DNA of 64,000 nucleotides from Candidatus Poribacteria bacterium (GTDB taxonomy: Bacteria; Poribacteria; WGA-4E; WGA-3G): assembly GCA_965215265.1 (NCBI GenBank), contig OZ244048.1, positions 3,936,001-4,000,000 on the forward strand. The letters run 5' to 3'. The position numbers and the translations under genes are program-made. The notes beneath the pieces were generated by a model, which saw only the letters and a program-made list of their open reading frames with translations, did no database searches and was not told the origin of the DNA. Position 1 is the first letter of the stretch, and each line of letters starts with the position of its first letter. Positions 60,505-64,000 of the stretch are shown here, piece after piece.

Positions 60505-61780
60505 GTACAAGGGGTTGTGTACGCTCACAACTCTTTTTTTCGCCTTGCTGATTGCTTCACCGGCCGCCTGGAGCCGCCCTGGGGACAGGTTCGGCTTCAG
60601 CCTCTCCATTGAAGCGAGACAAGTGCTAAAACGCATTCAAACAGAAGGGGCGGCATCTATAGAAAATTCCGCCCCACTCTCCATGGAAGCCAGGCAAATG
60701 CTGGAACGCATTCAAACAGAGATCGACGCGTACGCTGCACAGTTGAAAAACGGCGAAATTGAATTCTCAGTAACACTCCACCAAAAACACGGGGCAGATC
60801 AGACTGTCTCCTTCTTACAATTTTTAGAATCCAGCTGGGACTTCCTGCTACACCCCAAAGAAGCGGAGAAAGCCCCCAGGTATGAGGATATCGGCTATTG
60901 GCATATCACCTACAAGTTCGACAGCAACACCCAACTTTTTGATGTCAAAGCACGGAAAAAACGGGAAATAAACGGAAGCGCTATCTCCATCCGAGCAAAA
61001 GACGGAAGACGATACCGGTCCCGACATCTCTGGCATGAGACACACCACCAATATCTGATACACAAGAAGAAAATCTATGTACGGGACGGTGCAACATGGG
61101 AACCGTATGTAGACACCGGAGAAGGCCCCGTCTTTGACAAAAGGTTCAGTCCTCACTGGTGGACAGGGCTTTCACAAGCAGACACCTTTGAAAAGTTCAT
61201 GCTCCCATACCAACCGGTGGATGTCCACACATACCAACCGGTGGATGTCCAAACCGTTGAAAATGATAGCACCCCTTTTTACTATCTCCAAGAATACAGC
61301 GGCGTAAAAGAAGATGGGTTTGCGGGATGTAGAACGTCCACACGTGAAATCTGGATGAATCCACAGAAAGACTTTCATGTGACTCGAAGAGTGACGTGTC
61401 ATAAGAGTGCTGGGTTTTCACCGTATGAGGGGGCTCTCTGGCCTTTGAAAAAATTGAAATTTCTCAATCAGCCAGAAGAACTTTACGTAGAGGTCCGTTG
61501 TAACATCAAGACGTATCAACTGGCACAGTATGAACCGGGCATCTGGTTCCCTAAAAGCGTTACCTTAGTAGAAAAGAGGTCTGGAATGAGCATGTTTGAC
61601 CTCTTTCCAGACACACCTGTTTCTGAATATCCGCAGTTTGTGCTGTCAATTCTAAGCGACACACGTCTCCCCGAATGGTTCGAAGAAGGGGCATCACCCG
61701 CACCGAGGTTCAAAAGAGGCATGAAGGTGCATCGTGCTGTCTTTAACATCCCGATGTCAATCCCGTACTCAGTGCCATGA
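60488..61780 (+). CDS. Secreted hypothetical protein with internal duplications
   Basis: GAGG RBS, signal peptide (ASPAAWS); repeats LS(I/M)EARQ.L.RIQTE x2 and YQPVDV x2; GIWFPK motif near the C-terminus. Confidence 0.75.
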   Translation: MHLISKYKGLCTLTTLFFALLIASPAAWSRPGDRFGFSLSIEARQVLKRIQTEGAASIENSAPLSMEARQMLERIQTEIDAYAAQLKNGEIEFSVTLHQKHGADQTVSFLQFLESSWDFLLHPKEAEKAPRYEDIGYWHITYKFDSNTQLFDVKARKKREINGSAISIRAKDGRRYRSRHLWHETHHQYLIHKKKIYVRDGATWEPYVDTGEGPVFDKRFSPHWWTGLSQADTFEKFMLPYQPVDVHTYQPVDVQTVENDSTPFYYLQEYSGVKEDGFAGCRTSTREIWMNPQKDFHVTRRVTCHKSAGFSPYEGALWPLKKLKFLNQPEELYVEVRCNIKTYQLAQYEPGIWFPKSVTLVEKRSGMSMFDLFPDTPVSEYPQFVLSILSDTRLPEWFEEGASPAPRFKRGMKVHRAVFNIPMSIPYSVP

Positions 61781-61847
61781 TAAAAGCGGCGAGAAAGGGC
61801 ATTTGAACTCTATGTGTGCACAGTTTATAAATATAGATTTAAACGCC

Positions 61848-61875
61848 GAAAGCCTCGGCATCTACCGAGGCTTTC
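61848..61875. terminator. Hairpin between convergent genes
   Basis: gaaagcctcgg-catcta-ccgaggctttc, 11-bp stem. Confidence 0.6.
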
Positions 61876-61894
61876 AAGAGTCCTTATCATCTTC

Positions 61895-62435
61895 TTACCT
61901 CGGCAAGCCGAGGAATTCATAAGGATCAATCCCACCATCTGGGAGCTCATAGACCGTGAGATGTCGTGGAAAGATACCTCTATGAATATCATCTCCATAC
62001 CGGTTTATTACTAACGGAGATGCGAACTGTCTGACAACATATAATTTACCAGCTGCTTCGACAGAATCCGCCCACTCAATGTAAAACACATCATCCAGAG
62101 CCGGATAAACGAGCCCGTTCTCAAACTTAGCACCAAGGGTACGAATCCTCTGATTCCACAACTTACATCTGGACTCGTGCTAACAACTCGTGCTCCGGAA
62201 GCATCGTCCGCAGCCTTACCTCTCCCCAAACCTCCTCAGCCGTTAGAAAATAATCCTGCGGCACTGCCGGAAATGGACCAAAGCCATACGGTGACTCCTC
62301 ACTGACTGGCACTTCCTCAACCGCGGAGACCGTATCAGAAGACGGGTCGGAAAAGCCAACGGACCCGGTAACATCAGAAGACACGGTTAACCTCTTTAGC
62401 TCATGGGATATTGTTTGCCTATCATCAATTTCCAA
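61895..62435 (-). pseudogene. Frameshifted fragment of the same uncharacterised family as 60110..60504
   Basis: SPYGFGPFPAVPQDY...PEHELLARV, then a frameshift near 62170 into KLWNQ...ENGLVYP...GGIDPYEFLGLPR; upstream part decayed. Confidence 0.7.
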
Positions 62436-62699
62436 GGGCGTTCCCGATGCCCTGGGTATCTGGATATCTTTTGGAACTCCATGTTGGAGAAGGAGGGTTT
62501 AATTTAGAGACTAAACATCAAGAGGCTCCGACGAGATTTACACAGTCATTGACAATACATCAGGCGTTATCGGGCTGAAATATACAAAAACATTTCACTG
62601 CGGCTGCTCTTCCGTAGTTGTTGCCTCGTCAAGATAAGCAAGCACCTCCAGACGCACAACATGCAGCCGAGATTTTACTGTTCCTTTGAACAGATTACA

Positions 62700-62787
62700 T
62701 TGATAAAATCCAGGCAGCAGTTACCCTGTTCTGTTAACGCACATTATACATATTGTTTTAATTTTTGTCAATTTTTTTTGAGAAGTT
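62700..62787. repeat. Direct repeat copy 2 (~88 bp), containing a minus-strand consensus promoter
   Basis: Matches 59701..59789. Confidence 0.95.
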
Positions 62788-62819
62788 CTAGATCCGTGCT
62801 GCCGGAATGCTATCGGCTG

Positions 62820-64000
62820 TCATTTGGCTCTAAAGGGAAGGATTTGTTGTCCTTCTACTGCGATAAACCGTTGGTTGACTGACAATTTGGTAGCCGTATC
62901 AATTTTTCCACTGGGCCATCGAATTTCCACCAGGTCGACTGTGTGTGCATTTTTGAGTCCAAAATGGGCCCGCAAGTCACTAAAGGCAAGATAACTCCCG
63001 CTGCTTTGTATTTCTGCATACTGTGTGAGTTCGCCTGCGACGAGTTTGATACGTGCCCCAATTGCGGAGCGGTTACTCTGGGTTCCGACTGCCAGTATTT
63101 GTATCCAATTGTTGTTATTGCCGCCCTCGTTTCTGAGCAGGTCGGCGGTTTGATTCCAATTGGTTACAAGGATATCAATGTCCCCGTCGTTATCATAGTC
63201 GCCGAAAGCGGCGGCACGACTCACTTTTCGCAGTGCGAACCCTGAGCCCATCAGTTCGGTAACATTTGCAAATTGGCCGTTTCCTAAATTTCTGAAGAGT
63301 AGATTTTGCTGTGGTGCGGTTGTAGCGCTATCTACTTCAGCGATGTTATCCATCGTATGGCCATTTGCGACAAAGATATCTTTGTGTCCGTCGTTATCGT
63401 AGTCGAAAAAGCCGATGCCCCATCCAAGGTAGCGGTGTGTATGTTCTGCGATACCCGTAAGAACTGTAGTATCGATAAAAAAATTGTCGCCTTCATTGCG
63501 ATAAACGGTATTGGTTTCATTCTGAAAATTGCTGACTGTTGCGTCTATCCGTCCATCGTTGTCATAGTCTGCGAATGCCACGCCCATACCGGCTTCTGCT
63601 TTTCCGGTGTCGCTACAACTGACTCCCGCGAGGAGTCCGACTTCTTCGAAAGTGCCATCGCCTCGGTTTTGAAAAAGATAGTTGAAGTCCTGGTCATTGA
63701 CAACGTAAACATCGGCATCGCCATCGTTGTCAATGTCTCCAATAGCGACTCCAAGTGCGTGTGATGGGGGTATGTTTGCAAAAGTGCTTTGTAGAATAAA
63801 GGTGCCGTCCCCGTTGTTATGATAAAGGCTATCAGCTTGTGGTGGATAAGTGCGCGGCCCACAGTAAACCGACACTCCGTGTCGATAGCAAGGCGTATCT
63901 GTTTCAGGGGTGTAATTGGCATAATTGCTAACGTAGAGTTCAAGAAACCCATCGTTGTCCATATCGGCGAAAGCGCAGCTGGTGCCCCAGTTGTGTTCGT
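62820..64000 (-). CDS. CRTAC1 family protein (FG-GAP plus ASPIC/UnbV), partial, 5' end beyond the right edge
   Basis: Frame open to the edge (..NWGTSCAFADMDNDG); DYDNDG repeats; GSYLAFSD..AHFGL...EIRWPSG. Confidence 0.92.
   Translation of the reverse strand, partial: EHNWGTSCAFADMDNDGFLELYVSNYANYTPETDTPCYRHGVSVYCGPRTYPPQADSLYHNNGDGTFILQSTFANIPPSHALGVAIGDIDNDGDADVYVVNDQDFNYLFQNRGDGTFEEVGLLAGVSCSDTGKAEAGMGVAFADYDNDGRIDATVSNFQNETNTVYRNEGDNFFIDTTVLTGIAEHTHRYLGWGIGFFDYDNDGHKDIFVANGHTMDNIAEVDSATTAPQQNLLFRNLGNGQFANVTELMGSGFALRKVSRAAAFGDYDNDGDIDILVTNWNQTADLLRNEGGNNNNWIQILAVGTQSNRSAIGARIKLVAGELTQYAEIQSSGSYLAFSDLRAHFGLKNAHTVDLVEIRWPSGKIDTATKLSVNQRFIAVEGQQILPFRAK

Noticed and set aside
61848-61912. Paired cctcgg/ccgagg hairpins as IS200/IS605 ends or REP elements
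   Set aside because: No tnpA/tnpB/RAYT gene nearby and no further copies noticed; the second hairpin lies within the coding end EFLGLPR; a terminator is the simpler explanation.

Overview
Bacterial chromosomal window with about 45 genes; TGA is used as a normal stop. The gene repertoire resembles Candidatus Poribacteria (sponge-associated), an inference from recalled family patterns only: secreted LamG proteins ending in V(E/Q/K)xxxKLxxxWxxxK, CRTAC1/ASPIC-UnbV, TPR and VWA proteins, many sugar oxidoreductases and orphan DNA methyltransferases. Housekeeping genes are scattered rather than in canonical operons: aroA, tsaB, ftsZ, ugd, an iscS-like gene, mogA/moaB, fdhD and an hrpB-like helicase. 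No rRNA, CRISPR array, intact transposase or integrase was found. Main observations: (1) four divergent LamG proteins share a C-terminal tail that looks like a sorting or anchoring signal; (2) three lipoproteins carry four copies of an unannotated lipocalin-like domain with a conserved frame and variable loops; (3) a ~3 kb islet is bounded by ~88-bp direct repeats that each contain a perfect TTGACA-17-TATAAT promoter; (4) a tRNA-Ala(GGC) gene lacks half of its T-stem; (5) there is a HEAT-repeat/N4C-methyltransferase fusion, a helicase-less Type ISP-like R-M protein with PD...ExE in place of ExK, a further orphan methyltransferase and an R-M gene stump; (6) several single-base lesions may be decay or assembly error. 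All calls were made by eye from motifs; no database searches were run.
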